Assembly (NCBI GenBank): GCA_963749705.1
Contig: CAVVNQ010000003.1
Coordinates: 1-64,000, forward strand
DNA length: 64,000 nucleotides
Reading direction: 5' to 3'
Source of the DNA: an uncultured Chloroflexia bacterium
GTDB lineage: Bacteria > Chloroflexota > Limnocylindria > Limnocylindrales > CSP1-4
The position numbers and the translations under genes are program-made. Below, piece after piece: positions 20,175 to 31,079 of this stretch. Position 1 is the first letter of the stretch. Each line of letters begins with the position of its first letter. The notes below the pieces were generated by a model. That model was not told the origin of the DNA. It ran no database searches and worked only from the letters and a program-made list of their open reading frames with translations.

Positions 20175-20777
20175 GTGAGGACGATCGTCAGGGGCAAGAA
20201 CCTCGAGGTTCCGGACCGGGTTCGCCAGTACGCGGAGCGCAAGTTCGCGCGGCTGGAGCGGCTCCTCGATGACCGGTCGGACGCCGTCGTCGAGCTGTCG
20301 AACGAGGCACACCGCAGCGCGGCCGACGCGCACATCGCGGACGTCACCCTCGTGATCGACGGGCGCACGCTGCGCAGTCGCGCGACCGGCGGCTCCTACC
20401 AGGCAGCCCTCGATGTCGTCGTCGACAAGGTCGAGCGCCAGGCGATCGACTACAAGGAGAAGCCGCGAGTCCGCGCCCGGCCGGAGGAGGAGAAGGCGAT
20501 CCTCCGCCGCATCGCCGATGGCACGGCGGAGCCCGGGCAGGAGCGGCAGATCGTCAAGACCAAGCGGTTTGCGATCGAGCCGATGTTCGAGGAGGACGCG
20601 GTCGCCGCCATGGATGACCTGGGCCACGACTTCTACGTGTTCGTGAACGCGGAGAACGAGCGTCTGTGCGTCCTCTACCGGCGCAAGGACGGCAACTACG
20701 GCCTGATCGAGCCCGTCGTGGGCGGTGAGTACACGAAGGACCGCCGGGGATCCGGATCGAGGAACGGTCGCAGCTGA
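20175..20777 (+). CDS. hpf: Ribosome hibernation promoting factor (long HPF/RaiA family)
   Basis: GGGAGG RBS and GTG start; IVRGKNLEV..LGHDFYVF..YRRKDGNYGLIEP. TATACT -10 at 20091. Confidence 0.92.
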   Translation: MRTIVRGKNLEVPDRVRQYAERKFARLERLLDDRSDAVVELSNEAHRSAADAHIADVTLVIDGRTLRSRATGGSYQAALDVVVDKVERQAIDYKEKPRVRARPEEEKAILRRIADGTAEPGQERQIVKTKRFAIEPMFEEDAVAAMDDLGHDFYVFVNAENERLCVLYRRKDGNYGLIEPVVGGEYTKDRRGSGSRNGRS

Positions 20778-20788
20778 CGCGCCGGCGG

Positions 20789-20855
20789 GTGGGCGACCGC
20801 CGTCGCTGCCGCAGCGGCCGTCGTCGTTGCCGCAGCGGCCGTCGTCGGTGCCGCG
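20789..20855. repeat. ~21-bp tandem repeat, about 2.5 copies
   Basis: Unit close to CGTCG(C/T)TGCCGCAGCGGCCGT, between hpf and nfo. Confidence 0.6.
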
Positions 20856-20896
20856 AGCCCGGCCGCGGGCACCCGTCGCTCGGCTAGTCTTCGGGC

Positions 20897-21862
20897 ATGC
20901 TCCCCAACGGCCGCCGTCTCGGCGCGCACCTCTCGCTCGGCCACGGCCTGGTCCGGGCGGCGGATCGAGCTGCCGCGATCGGTGCCTCCGCGATCCAGGT
21001 GTTCACCGACAACCCGACGTCGTGGCGTCGCCGCTCGTCACTGCCGGATGACCTGGACGCCTTCCGGGAGCGCCTGGCCGCGCTGGACATCACGCCGCTG
21101 TCGGTCCACGCCCCGTACCTGGTGAACCTGGCCACGAGCGACCCCGAGACCGCCGACCGGTCGGTGGACCTGCTCGTCAACGAGCTCCGCGTTGCCGATG
21201 CCTACGGTGCGAGCTTCGTCAACGTGCATATCGGGTCGCATCGAGGCGCCGGGGTCGACGCCGGCGTCACGCGCCTGGCGGACGGGATCCGACGCGTGCT
21301 CGACCGACTCGCCGGCCAGGCGCCCGGCGTCACGATCGTGCTCGAGAACAGCGCCGGCAACGGGTTTGCGCTGGGCTCGACGGTCGAGGAGCTGGCCGAG
21401 ATCGATGCCGCGCTCGATCGGGCGGGCGTCGAACGTGACCGGGTCGGGTTCTGCCTCGACACCGCGCACCTGTGGGGCGCCGGCTATCCGATCGATGCCG
21501 CTGACGGCGTCGACGAGGTCATCGCGGCGTTCGATGGCGCGCTGGGCGCCGCACGGCTGCGGATGGTCCACCTCAACGACTCGCGCAGCGAGCGCGGGTC
21601 GCGCTCGGACCGGCACGAGCACATCGGCGGCGGCCGGATCGGCACCGCCGGGCTGCGCCGGTTCCTCGAGCACCCGGCGATCGGACACGTCACCTACTAC
21701 CTCGAGACCCCGGGGATGGACGACGGCTACGACGCGATCAACATCCGGCGGATCCTCGACATCGCCGCCGGCCGGCCGCTGCCGGCGCTGCCGCCGGCCG
21801 CCTTCAAGACGCGCAGCGCCAGGGGCCGCAGCGCGCCCGCGGAGGCCGGCCATGCCGGATAG
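20897..21862 (+). CDS. nfo: Endonuclease IV
   Basis: LGAHLS, VHAPYLVNLA, LENSAG, CLDTAHLW, HLNDS..DRHEHIG, LETP. Confidence 0.93.
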   Translation: MLPNGRRLGAHLSLGHGLVRAADRAAAIGASAIQVFTDNPTSWRRRSSLPDDLDAFRERLAALDITPLSVHAPYLVNLATSDPETADRSVDLLVNELRVADAYGASFVNVHIGSHRGAGVDAGVTRLADGIRRVLDRLAGQAPGVTIVLENSAGNGFALGSTVEELAEIDAALDRAGVERDRVGFCLDTAHLWGAGYPIDAADGVDEVIAAFDGALGAARLRMVHLNDSRSERGSRSDRHEHIGGGRIGTAGLRRFLEHPAIGHVTYYLETPGMDDGYDAINIRRILDIAAGRPLPALPPAAFKTRSARGRSAPAEAGHAG

Positions 21863-23493
21863 GCCCGGCCGCCGCGAGCTCCTGGCCCTGCTCGCGATCC
21901 TCGCCCTGGCGGCGGTGCTCCGCCTGCCTGGGACTCGACCAGCGCGGCCGCTGGGACGCCGACCAGGGCCACGACATGCTGGTCCTGCGTGCGCTCGCGA
22001 CCGAGGGCGAGGTGCCGCTGCTGGGTCCGCGAACGTCGATCGGCACCTTCCACCACGGCGCGGTGTACTACTACCTGCTGGCACCCGCGGCGCTGCTGTC
22101 GAATGCCGACCCGATCGCGGTCAGCGGCGAGATCGCGCTGATCGGGATCGCCGCGGTAGCCGCCACGTGGTGGCTGGGGCGGCTGCTCGCGGGATCGCTC
22201 GCCGGCCTGCTGGCGGCGATGCTGGCCGCGATCTCGCCCGCGGGGATCGACGAGTCGACGTTCATCTGGAACCCCAACCTGATCCCGCTCGCCGCGGCGC
22301 TCGCATTCGGCGGCGCGATCCGCGCCTGGCAGGCCCGCGAGCCACGGTGGTGGCTGCTCTCCGGCGCCGGCGCGATGGTCACGATGCAGTGCCACATCCT
22401 GGGCGTCGTCATCCTGCCGCCGCTGCTGCTCCTGTTCCTCGCCGACGTGGGGCGACGGCGGCGAGCTGGGGCGCGGGTCGCGCCGCTGCTCCGGGCGGGC
22501 ATCGGCGCGTCGCTGATCATCGTCGCCGGGTACCTGCCGCTCATGATCCACGAGCTGGGGCACGACTTCTCCGAGACCCGCGCGATCCTCGCCTACCTGG
22601 CCGGTGGCGGCGGCCCGAGCGAGCTCGGCCTCGTCGGGCGGCTGGCGATGGTCGGGCTGCGGAGCGTCGCGTGGCCGCTGGCCGGGCTGATCACCGACCG
22701 ACCCGCGGTGACGCTGGTGTCGGTGACCATCGCCGTCGCCCTGATGGCGCCGCTCGCGATCACACGGCGCGGCGCAGCCGGCGACGGATCCGGACGCCCG
22801 GTCATCGCCCGCTGGCTGCTGGGGACGCTGGCGTGGTCCATCGTCGCGCTGGCGCTGTTTGCGCCGGGTCTGGCCGTGGTCACGCCGGGGTTGCCCAACG
22901 ACCACTACCACGCCTTCCTCGATCCGCTGGTCCTTGCGCTGGTCGGCGCCGGGCTGGCACGGATCGCGCGCACCGGCGGCCGGGCATTGTCAGCGCTGCC
23001 GGATGCGATGGCGGGCCGGGCGTCGCCGGGCGTCGCGGGCGTCGCGGGTGTCGCCTCCCTCGCGTCGCCGGCCGTCGCGGGTGCGATGGGGACGATCCTC
23101 GTGGCCGGCGCGATCCTGGGCTGGCCGCCCGCGGTTGCCGACGATGGTGGCTGGCGGCTGGTGGACCAGGCGGCCGAACGGGTGGTGGACGAGACCGCGG
23201 GCGGCGGCCAGGTCGCGCTGGTGGGCATCCCGCCGTTCAAGTCGGCCGATGCGCTGCGGTTCCCGCTCGAGCGCCGCGGGCTCGTGCCCCTCGCCGACGG
23301 AGCGACCGGCGGACCCGGTTCGCTCACCGTCGTCGTGTGCGATCCGCTGTTCGACGACGTCGTGGGCATGCCCTGCGGCGGGCCGGCGGAGGATTCGTGG
23401 GCCGGGGATCAGGCGCACCCCATGCACCTGACGGGGCGGTTCGGCGCGGGCCCGCGGCGGGTGATCTCGATCTACGCGCCTGCGGGGTCCTGA
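21852..23493 (+). CDS. GT39-like membrane glycosyltransferase, apparent frameshift ~21930
   Basis: MPDRPGRRELLALLAILALAAVLRLPG joins WDADQGHDML..PLLGPRTS..FHHGAVYYY..FIWNPNLIP. Confidence 0.72.
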
Positions 23494-23519
23494 CCCGCCA
23501 CCGCCGACACCCCGGAATG

Positions 23520-23551
23520 GCGAACGCCGGCCCTTGCAGGCCGGCGTTCGC
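23520..23551. terminator. Hairpin between convergent genes
   Basis: GCGAACGCCGGCC-cttgca-GGCCGGCGTTCGC, a perfect 13-bp stem. Confidence 0.7.
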
Positions 23552-23604
23552 TGTCCCCGAGACCCGAACGTGGAGGGACGTTCAGGTCGTGCCCTGGAAG
23601 CGTT

Positions 23605-24168
23605 CTATGGTCGTCCGTTCGGACGGTATGGCGGGCGGGCCGCCGGGCGCTGGGCGCCGTAGCGCGACGGGACCGCGCGGAGCGTCGGTGCACCCACGGC
23701 TGCGCCGGTCTGGCTGGCCGCCGCTCGCCCGTACACCGTGCCGCCGCCGGAGCCGCTGGCACCGTGCGAGCCGTTCGAGCCGCCGTCGGGTACCCCGACC
23801 GGCGAATAGGATCGGCCGAACCGGCGGACGCGGACGGCCAGGTAGTACTCCATGATCTGGCGGACCTGCGGCTCCGACAGCGCCTCATCGGCGCGCAGGG
23901 CGTATTCGACCCGCGCGGTGGGGTTCTGGGGTCCCACGGAGACGACACCCAGCGCCACGGACGTGTCCGCGTCATCGCGGATCTCGCGCAGCCCACGGGC
24001 AAGCTTCGTCGCGGTGCCCAGCGACGGCATCCGATCGCCGCGGATCAGCCGGGAGATCGTCGAATGGTCGACGCCCGACTGCTGCGCCAGCTGGCGCTGC
24101 GACATCTTCTTGGCCTTGAGCTGAGCCCGGAGCCACTCGTTGAATGCGCGGGCGTTCTCGGTCGTCAT
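23605..24168 (-). CDS. XRE-family HTH transcriptional regulator
   Basis: MSQRQLAQQSGVDHSTISRLIRGDRMPS. Likely ATG at 24168. Confidence 0.85.
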   Translation of the reverse strand: MTTENARAFNEWLRAQLKAKKMSQRQLAQQSGVDHSTISRLIRGDRMPSLGTATKLARGLREIRDDADTSVALGVVSVGPQNPTARVEYALRADEALSEPQVRQIMEYYLAVRVRRFGRSYSPVGVPDGGSNGSHGASGSGGGTVYGRAAASQTGAAVGAPTLRAVPSRYGAQRPAARPPYRPNGRP

Positions 24169-24385
24169 GCCTCGCCTTGGGCTTGGCTCCCGCGTGCCTT
24201 GCGCGGGATTGATCGAAGTGTCGTTCGGGACAGCACCCGTCCCCAATCCCCCGTTGGTACCGTCGCGTGGTGCCTCCCCGCCTTCACTCGCATGCGGAGC
24301 GGTGCGGTGGTGCGCGGTCTGTGCATGACCCGATCGGGGTAGGGGGTCCTGCGGCGATCCGCCCCGGGACCGGCCGGCCCGGCCG

Positions 24386-25510
24386 CTACGGGATCGCGGT
24401 CGCCTCCGCGGGCTGCGACAGGCCGGTCCCGCGACGCTTCGACGACAGCGCGTACGCGATGCCGCCGATCACGATGATCGAGAACACGCTGATCAGGCGA
24501 TCGACGATGACGATGACGCCCGCCTCCTGGTTGGCGATCCCGTAGGCGAGCGTGAGCACGCCCACGACCCCCAGCTCGACGGTACCCAGACCCGCCGGGC
24601 TCAGCGGCACGGCCGTCAGCAGGGATCCGATCAGGGCGACGAAGAAGGCACCCGACAGGCCGAGCTGGACATCCTGGAACCCGAGCGCCTGGACCACGAA
24701 CCACAGGCGCATCCCCTCGGTCGCCCAGATCAGCCCGGTCAGCACCACGAGCGGCGGCAGCGACCGCATGCGCACGGCGCCGAACACGCCCTCCTCGAAC
24801 CGGTCGTACAGGTCGAGGATGCGATGCGGCAGCGGCAGGCGGGACAGGATCCGGCGCCCGAAGCTGCGCATCGACAGCAGCAGCGCGGCCAGGATCACGA
24901 TCACCCCGATGCCCAACGCCACCACGAACTGGATCTCGGGCGGGAACCCGTCGCGGAAGCTCCAGAAGCCGGCCAGCAACCCCAGGACGGCGATCGCGAA
25001 CAGGTCCAGGAAGCGCTCGATGAACACGGTGCCGAACGTCCTCGACAGCGACACCGGGCTGTTGATCTTGAGCAGGTAGGCGCGATAGACGTCACCCAGC
25101 TTGGCCGGCACGAGGCAGTTGACGAGCCACGACAGGAACAGGATCTCGGTCGCGTCGCGCGTCCCGATCCTGAACCCTGTGCCCCGCAGCAGCATCGCCC
25201 AGCGCAGCCCGCGGAGCGGGAACCCGACGTAGAAGATCCCGAACCCGGCGAGCAGGAGCAGCTTGTTCGAGCGGGACACGCCGTCGATCAGCTCGTTCAC
25301 GTCGATGTTGAGCGCGACCCGGAACACGAGCACGACAAGGATCAGCGGGACCACGATCGAGAGGATCGTCCGCGGCTGGCGAAGGCGGGCGCCGAGCGAC
25401 ACCTGGTCCGTGGTCGGTTCGCCGCCGCCGGTCGTGGCCGCCGCGGTCAACGGAGGCACGGGCGACGGCGGCGAGCCCGGTTCGTGGTCGGACACGGGCG
25501 GCTCGCTCAC
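24386..25510 (-). CDS. Lysylphosphatidylglycerol synthase TM-domain (UPF0104, flippase-like) protein
   Basis: RGLRW..NCLVPAKLGDVYRAY..ERFLD..PAGLGTVE. GTG overlaps the upstream stop. Confidence 0.85.
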   Translation of the reverse strand: MSEPPVSDHEPGSPPSPVPPLTAAATTGGGEPTTDQVSLGARLRQPRTILSIVVPLILVVLVFRVALNIDVNELIDGVSRSNKLLLLAGFGIFYVGFPLRGLRWAMLLRGTGFRIGTRDATEILFLSWLVNCLVPAKLGDVYRAYLLKINSPVSLSRTFGTVFIERFLDLFAIAVLGLLAGFWSFRDGFPPEIQFVVALGIGVIVILAALLLSMRSFGRRILSRLPLPHRILDLYDRFEEGVFGAVRMRSLPPLVVLTGLIWATEGMRLWFVVQALGFQDVQLGLSGAFFVALIGSLLTAVPLSPAGLGTVELGVVGVLTLAYGIANQEAGVIVIVDRLISVFSIIVIGGIAYALSSKRRGTGLSQPAEATAIP

Positions 25511-26217
25511 CGGGCGGTTCCGGCGGGATCGGCGGGCGTGGTGGGGACGCGCCGGTTGCCGCGCACGCGGTTCACGACCTTGGCCAGCGGGGTGAACGTG
25601 CGCACGAGGTACGACGCGCGACCCGGCACGACCTCGAGCGCGCCGAGGGCGGCGCGCAGGCCGTCCGGCGTGGACGGGTCGCCGTCGACGACCGTGTACG
25701 CGACACCGACCTCGACGACGCTGTGCGCGTCCGAGACCGCGACGCCGGGCAGACCGTGCTCGCGCGCGAACGCCGCCGCCCGCTCGTTGCCGCTGCCGGT
25801 CACCACGCGCGCGTTGTACGCCTCCACCCAGTCGACCTGCGTCGCGAGCGTTTCGAGCCGGGGATCCTTGAGCATCGACCCGCGGTAGCGATCGAACGGG
25901 TGCGGGATCCCGACCAGGCCGCCCTGGGCCCGGACGTCGTCGATCGTCTCGGCCACCGGCCGGCCCGGAGCCACGGCATGCTCGAGGAACAGCGCGATGA
26001 GGTCGCCGTCCGCGGTCCGGACCTCCTCGCCGATGATCACGGTGAGCTCGCCGCCGGCGGCGTCCCGGGCCCGGAGCGCGCCCTCGATCCGGTCGTGGTC
26101 GGTGATCGCGAGGTGCGTCAGCCCGCGCCTGATCGCCGCCCGCACGACGGCCTCGGGTGACGCGAGCGAGTCGAAGCTGGCATTGGTGTGGCAATGGAGA
26201 TCGATGAACGCCTTCAT
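25507..26217 (-). CDS. PHP domain protein
   Basis: DLHCHT, AITDHD, GEEV, PHPF, SDAH. Confidence 0.9.
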   Translation of the reverse strand: MKAFIDLHCHTNASFDSLASPEAVVRAAIRRGLTHLAITDHDRIEGALRARDAAGGELTVIIGEEVRTADGDLIALFLEHAVAPGRPVAETIDDVRAQGGLVGIPHPFDRYRGSMLKDPRLETLATQVDWVEAYNARVVTGSGNERAAAFAREHGLPGVAVSDAHSVVEVGVAYTVVDGDPSTPDGLRAALGALEVVPGRASYLVRTFTPLAKVVNRVRGNRRVPTTPADPAGTAR

Positions 26218-26258
26218 CGGTCCATCCGCCCTTCGTGCGATCGGCCGGCCGGGGCGCC

Positions 26259-26438
26259 CATCCTCGGCGATTCAAGTCCTGCGGGACACAGATCGCCTGC
26301 GGTAGGGCTCCCCGGCCGGCCTGCATTCCCGCGGATGAGAGAAGACCCCCGTCGATCATGGCTCGGGGGATTGGAAGGGCAGGCGGCGTGGGCTACCGGA
26401 GGCGACCTTTGGCCAAAGGCCTCGAGTCGCCGAGGATG
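26259..26438. repeat. Intergenic palindromic element, copy A
   Basis: Imperfect inverted arms 26259-26305 / 26393-26438, each with an internal mini-hairpin. Similar to the arms of the element at 29352-29618. Confidence 0.7.
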
Positions 26439-26471
26439 CCTGCGCCGCGACCCCGCCCTGAACCACTTGGC

Positions 26472-27470
26472 TCAGATCTGCTGGACGAGGGACTTCTTGA
26501 AGAAGTCGAAGTGCTCGAGCGCGAGCCCGGTGCCCAGCGCGACGCAGTTGAGCGAGTTCTCCGCCACGTGGCACGGCACGCCGGTGACCTGGGTCAGCAG
26601 CTTGTCCACGTTGCGCAGCAGCGAGCCGCCGCCGGACATCACCATGCCCTTGTCGATGATGTCCGAGCTCAGCTCGGGCGGCGTCTGCTCGAGGACCGTG
26701 CGCACGGCGGTGACCAGCTGCTGGAGCGGGATCTCGATCGCCTCCATCACCTCGGACGAGGTGATCGGGATCGTGCGCGGCAGGCCGGCGATCAGGTCGC
26801 GCCCGCGGACCTCCATCGTCAGCTCGCGCTCCAGCGGCAGCGCCGTGCCGATCTGGATCTTGACCTCCTCCGCGGTCCGCTCGCCGATCATCAGGTTGTA
26901 CTTCTTGCGGACGTACGAGCCGATCGATTCGTCGAACTTGTTGCCGCCCACGCGCAGGCTGTTGAACACGACGATGCCGCCCAGCGCGATGACCGCGATC
27001 TCGGACGTGCCGCCGCCGATGTCGATGATCATGTTCCCCGAGGGCCCGCTGATCGGCACGTTGGCGCCGATCGCGGCGGCCAGCGGCTCCTCGATCAGGA
27101 ACGCGTCCTTGGCGCCGGCCTTGAGCGCGGCGTCGCGGACGGCCCGCTTCTCGACCGACGTGACGCCGGCCGGGACCGAGATCATGACGTCGGGTCTCGA
27201 GAAGCCGATCTGGCCCTTGCGCGCCTTGCCGATGAAGAAGCGGAGCATCGCCTCCGTGATCACGTAGTCGGCGATGACGCCATCCTTCATCGGGCGGATG
27301 GCCTGGATGTTGCCGGGCGTGCGCCCGATCATCTCGCGGGCCTCCTCGCCCACGGCGACGATCCGGTTGTCCTCGCCGACCGCGACGACGGAGGGCTCCG
27401 TGATCACGATGCCCTTGCCCTTGACATAGACGATGACGTTCGCGGTGCCGAGGTCGATACCAATCTTCAT
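26472..27470 (-). CDS. mreB: Rod shape-determining actin homolog (MreB/Mbl)
   Basis: [28 protein letters not shown]. Lies downstream of murA, as mbl does in Firmicutes. Confidence 0.95.
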   Translation of the reverse strand: MKIGIDLGTANVIVYVKGKGIVITEPSVVAVGEDNRIVAVGEEAREMIGRTPGNIQAIRPMKDGVIADYVITEAMLRFFIGKARKGQIGFSRPDVMISVPAGVTSVEKRAVRDAALKAGAKDAFLIEEPLAAAIGANVPISGPSGNMIIDIGGGTSEIAVIALGGIVVFNSLRVGGNKFDESIGSYVRKKYNLMIGERTAEEVKIQIGTALPLERELTMEVRGRDLIAGLPRTIPITSSEVMEAIEIPLQQLVTAVRTVLEQTPPELSSDIIDKGMVMSGGGSLLRNVDKLLTQVTGVPCHVAENSLNCVALGTGLALEHFDFFKKSLVQQI

Positions 27471-27554
27471 GACGGCGGGAATGCTACTCCTGGAGGCGCA
27501 GCCGACCGTGGTAACGGTCGTCCGCGGGATGGGTGCCGGACGTGGGGCGGGTCG

Positions 27555-28886
27555 TCAGGCCTGGTCGGCCGAACGGGTGATGCTCGCTCCCAGCTGCTGG
27601 AACTTGCGGTCGATGTTCTCATACCCCCGGTGAACGTGATGCGCGCCGTGGATCAGCGAGGCGCCGTCGGCGGCCAGGGCCGCCAGGATCAGCGAGGCGC
27701 CGGCCCGCAGGTCGCCGATGGTGGCCTCGGCGCCGTGGAGCCGGGTGGGCCCCTCGATCGACGCATGGTGCGCATCCTCGATGTCGATCCGGGCGCCCAG
27801 CTTGCGCAGCTCGGTCAGCCACTCGATGCGGTCCTCGAAGATCGCCTCGTGGACGCGTGACACGCCGGTTGCCTGGGTAAGGAGGACGCATGCGGGCGGC
27901 TGGAGGTCCGTCGCCAGCCCCGGGTAGGGCGCGGTCTCGATGTCGCGCGCCCGCAGGTCGCCCGGCCGGAGCCCGGTGGCGTCGAGCTCGATGCTGTGCC
28001 TGCCGCACGCGACCGGCACCCCCACATTGCCCAGCAGCTCGACCAGGGCACCGACCTCGTCGCACGCCGCGTTCTCGAGCATGAGGCGGCCACCCGTGAT
28101 CGCCCCCGCGATCAGGAACGTGCCGGTCTCGATCCGGTCCGGGATCACCGAGTGGTCGGCGCCGCGGAGTCGCTTCCGCCCGTGGACCTCGATCACGTCG
28201 GGTGCGGTCCGGACGACGTCGGCGCCCATCTTGACCAGGAACGCGATCAGGTCGTCGACCTCGGGCTCCTGGGCCGCGGGCCGGATGACCGTGTCGCCTT
28301 CAGCCAGGGTGGCCGCGAGCATCGCGTTCTCGGTGCCCATGACCGTCACCTGGGGGAAGCGCACCTCACCGCCGCGGAGCCGCCCCGGTGCCTGCGCGAA
28401 GTAGTAGCCGTTGCGGTACTCGATCTCGGCGCCCAGGGCGCGCATCGCGTCCACGTGCAGGTTGACCGGGCGGCGCCCGATCCGGTCGCCGCCGGGGTTG
28501 CTCATGATCACGCGTCCGAAGCGGGACAGCAGCGGGCCCAGCAGGATGAACGAGGCGCGCATCTTGGCCGCGGCCTCGAGCGGGACGAACAGCCAGTCGA
28601 CGTCGCCCGACGCGATCTCGTACACGCCGGGAGCCGGATGGTCGACGACGACCCCCAGATCGGACAGCGTCTCGGCCATCACCCGGACATCCTCGATCTC
28701 GGGGACGTTCGTGAACCGGCAGCGCTCGCCGGTGAGCGTCGACGCGGCGAGCAGCTTGAGGGCGGCGTTCTTGGCGCCGCTCACGTGGACCGTACCCTGG
28801 AGCGGGCGGCCGCCCTCGATCCGGAAGGTCTCCGGGGGAGGCGGCTCGGGTCGGTATTCCCAGTGGAACGGGCGAGCGTCTGCCAC
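27555..28886 (-). CDS. murA: UDP-N-acetylglucosamine 1-carboxyvinyltransferase
   Basis: SGAKNAAL, KMRAS, PGGDRIGRRPVNLH, PYPGLATDLQP, DLRAGASL. Confidence 0.95.
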   Translation of the reverse strand: MADARPFHWEYRPEPPPPETFRIEGGRPLQGTVHVSGAKNAALKLLAASTLTGERCRFTNVPEIEDVRVMAETLSDLGVVVDHPAPGVYEIASGDVDWLFVPLEAAAKMRASFILLGPLLSRFGRVIMSNPGGDRIGRRPVNLHVDAMRALGAEIEYRNGYYFAQAPGRLRGGEVRFPQVTVMGTENAMLAATLAEGDTVIRPAAQEPEVDDLIAFLVKMGADVVRTAPDVIEVHGRKRLRGADHSVIPDRIETGTFLIAGAITGGRLMLENAACDEVGALVELLGNVGVPVACGRHSIELDATGLRPGDLRARDIETAPYPGLATDLQPPACVLLTQATGVSRVHEAIFEDRIEWLTELRKLGARIDIEDAHHASIEGPTRLHGAEATIGDLRAGASLILAALAADGASLIHGAHHVHRGYENIDRKFQQLGASITRSADQA

Positions 28887-28888
28887 CG

Positions 28889-29317
28889 TCAGCCCCGCGA
28901 CCGAGGCCCTTCCCGGTGCCGGCGCTCGGCGACCCGGACCCGCAGCAGCGCCTGCTGGAGCGAGGCCCTCGCAGACGCGAGATCGGCGCCTTCGTGGTAG
29001 CCGCTCTCGAGCGCGCGCTCGGCCTCCCGGCGGGCCTCCTGGGCCTTCTCGAGGTCGATGTCGGAAGCGAGGTCCGCGGTCTCCGCCATGACCACGACCT
29101 TGTCGGGGCGGACCTGGAGGAAGCCGCCGACGATCGCGAAGCTCTCCTCGGACGCGCCCTTGCGGATCTTGAGCTCACCGACGCCCAGCAGCGACACCAG
29201 CGGCGTGTGGTGAGGCAGGATCCCCAGCTCGCCCTCGACGCCCGGGACGAGCACCATGTCGACCTCGTCCGAGTACGCCAGCCGCTCGGGGGTCACGATC
29301 TCCAGGAGAAGCGGCAT
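28889..29317 (-). CDS. atpC: ATP synthase epsilon subunit
   Basis: LEIVTPER..GELGILPHHTP..GGFLQV. Confidence 0.95.
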   Translation of the reverse strand: MPLLLEIVTPERLAYSDEVDMVLVPGVEGELGILPHHTPLVSLLGVGELKIRKGASEESFAIVGGFLQVRPDKVVVMAETADLASDIDLEKAQEARREAERALESGYHEGADLASARASLQQALLRVRVAERRHREGPRSRG

Positions 29318-29351
29318 CAGTGAGTACCTCCCCGTCGGCCACTCCGGCCGG

Positions 29352-29618
29352 CCGCTCTCGGCGTGGCGCGCTCGGTCCGATTCCAGTCCTGCGGACTGAG
29401 ATCGGCCTCTCGCGCCCCGCCTGCGCGGCCGACAACGTGGCTACCGGTGCGCGTCCCTGATCCCCAACCCCCTCGCACCGCGAGACCGAGCGGCCGGTGC
29501 ACGCCGTCCTCGTTCCGGGGGGATAGCGGGGCCATCGCCTCCGCGTAGCCGGCTGGCGCGAAGCCGATCTTAGTCCCGAAGGGACTCGAATCGGCAGAGC
29601 GCCGGACGGCGAGAGCGG
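29352..29618. repeat. Palindromic MITE/REP-like element between atpD and atpC, copy B
   Basis: Imperfect ~65-bp inverted arms 29352-29416 / 29555-29618. Confidence 0.75.
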
Positions 29619-29636
29619 AGGCGAGATTCACGCTCA

Positions 29637-31079
<1,443 letters not shown>

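Noticed and set aside
5290-21940. Frameshifts near 6155, 17928-18070, 18910 and 21930 as pseudogenes or programmed frameshifts
   Set aside because: Both sides of each break are undecayed, I saw no slippery heptamer or long homopolymer, and the breaks recur in unrelated genes. Sequencing indels are the simplest explanation; raw reads would settle it.
24169-24385. Riboswitch or leader RNA upstream of the XRE regulator
   Set aside because: Only short GC hairpins were seen, with no recognisable aptamer or expression platform.
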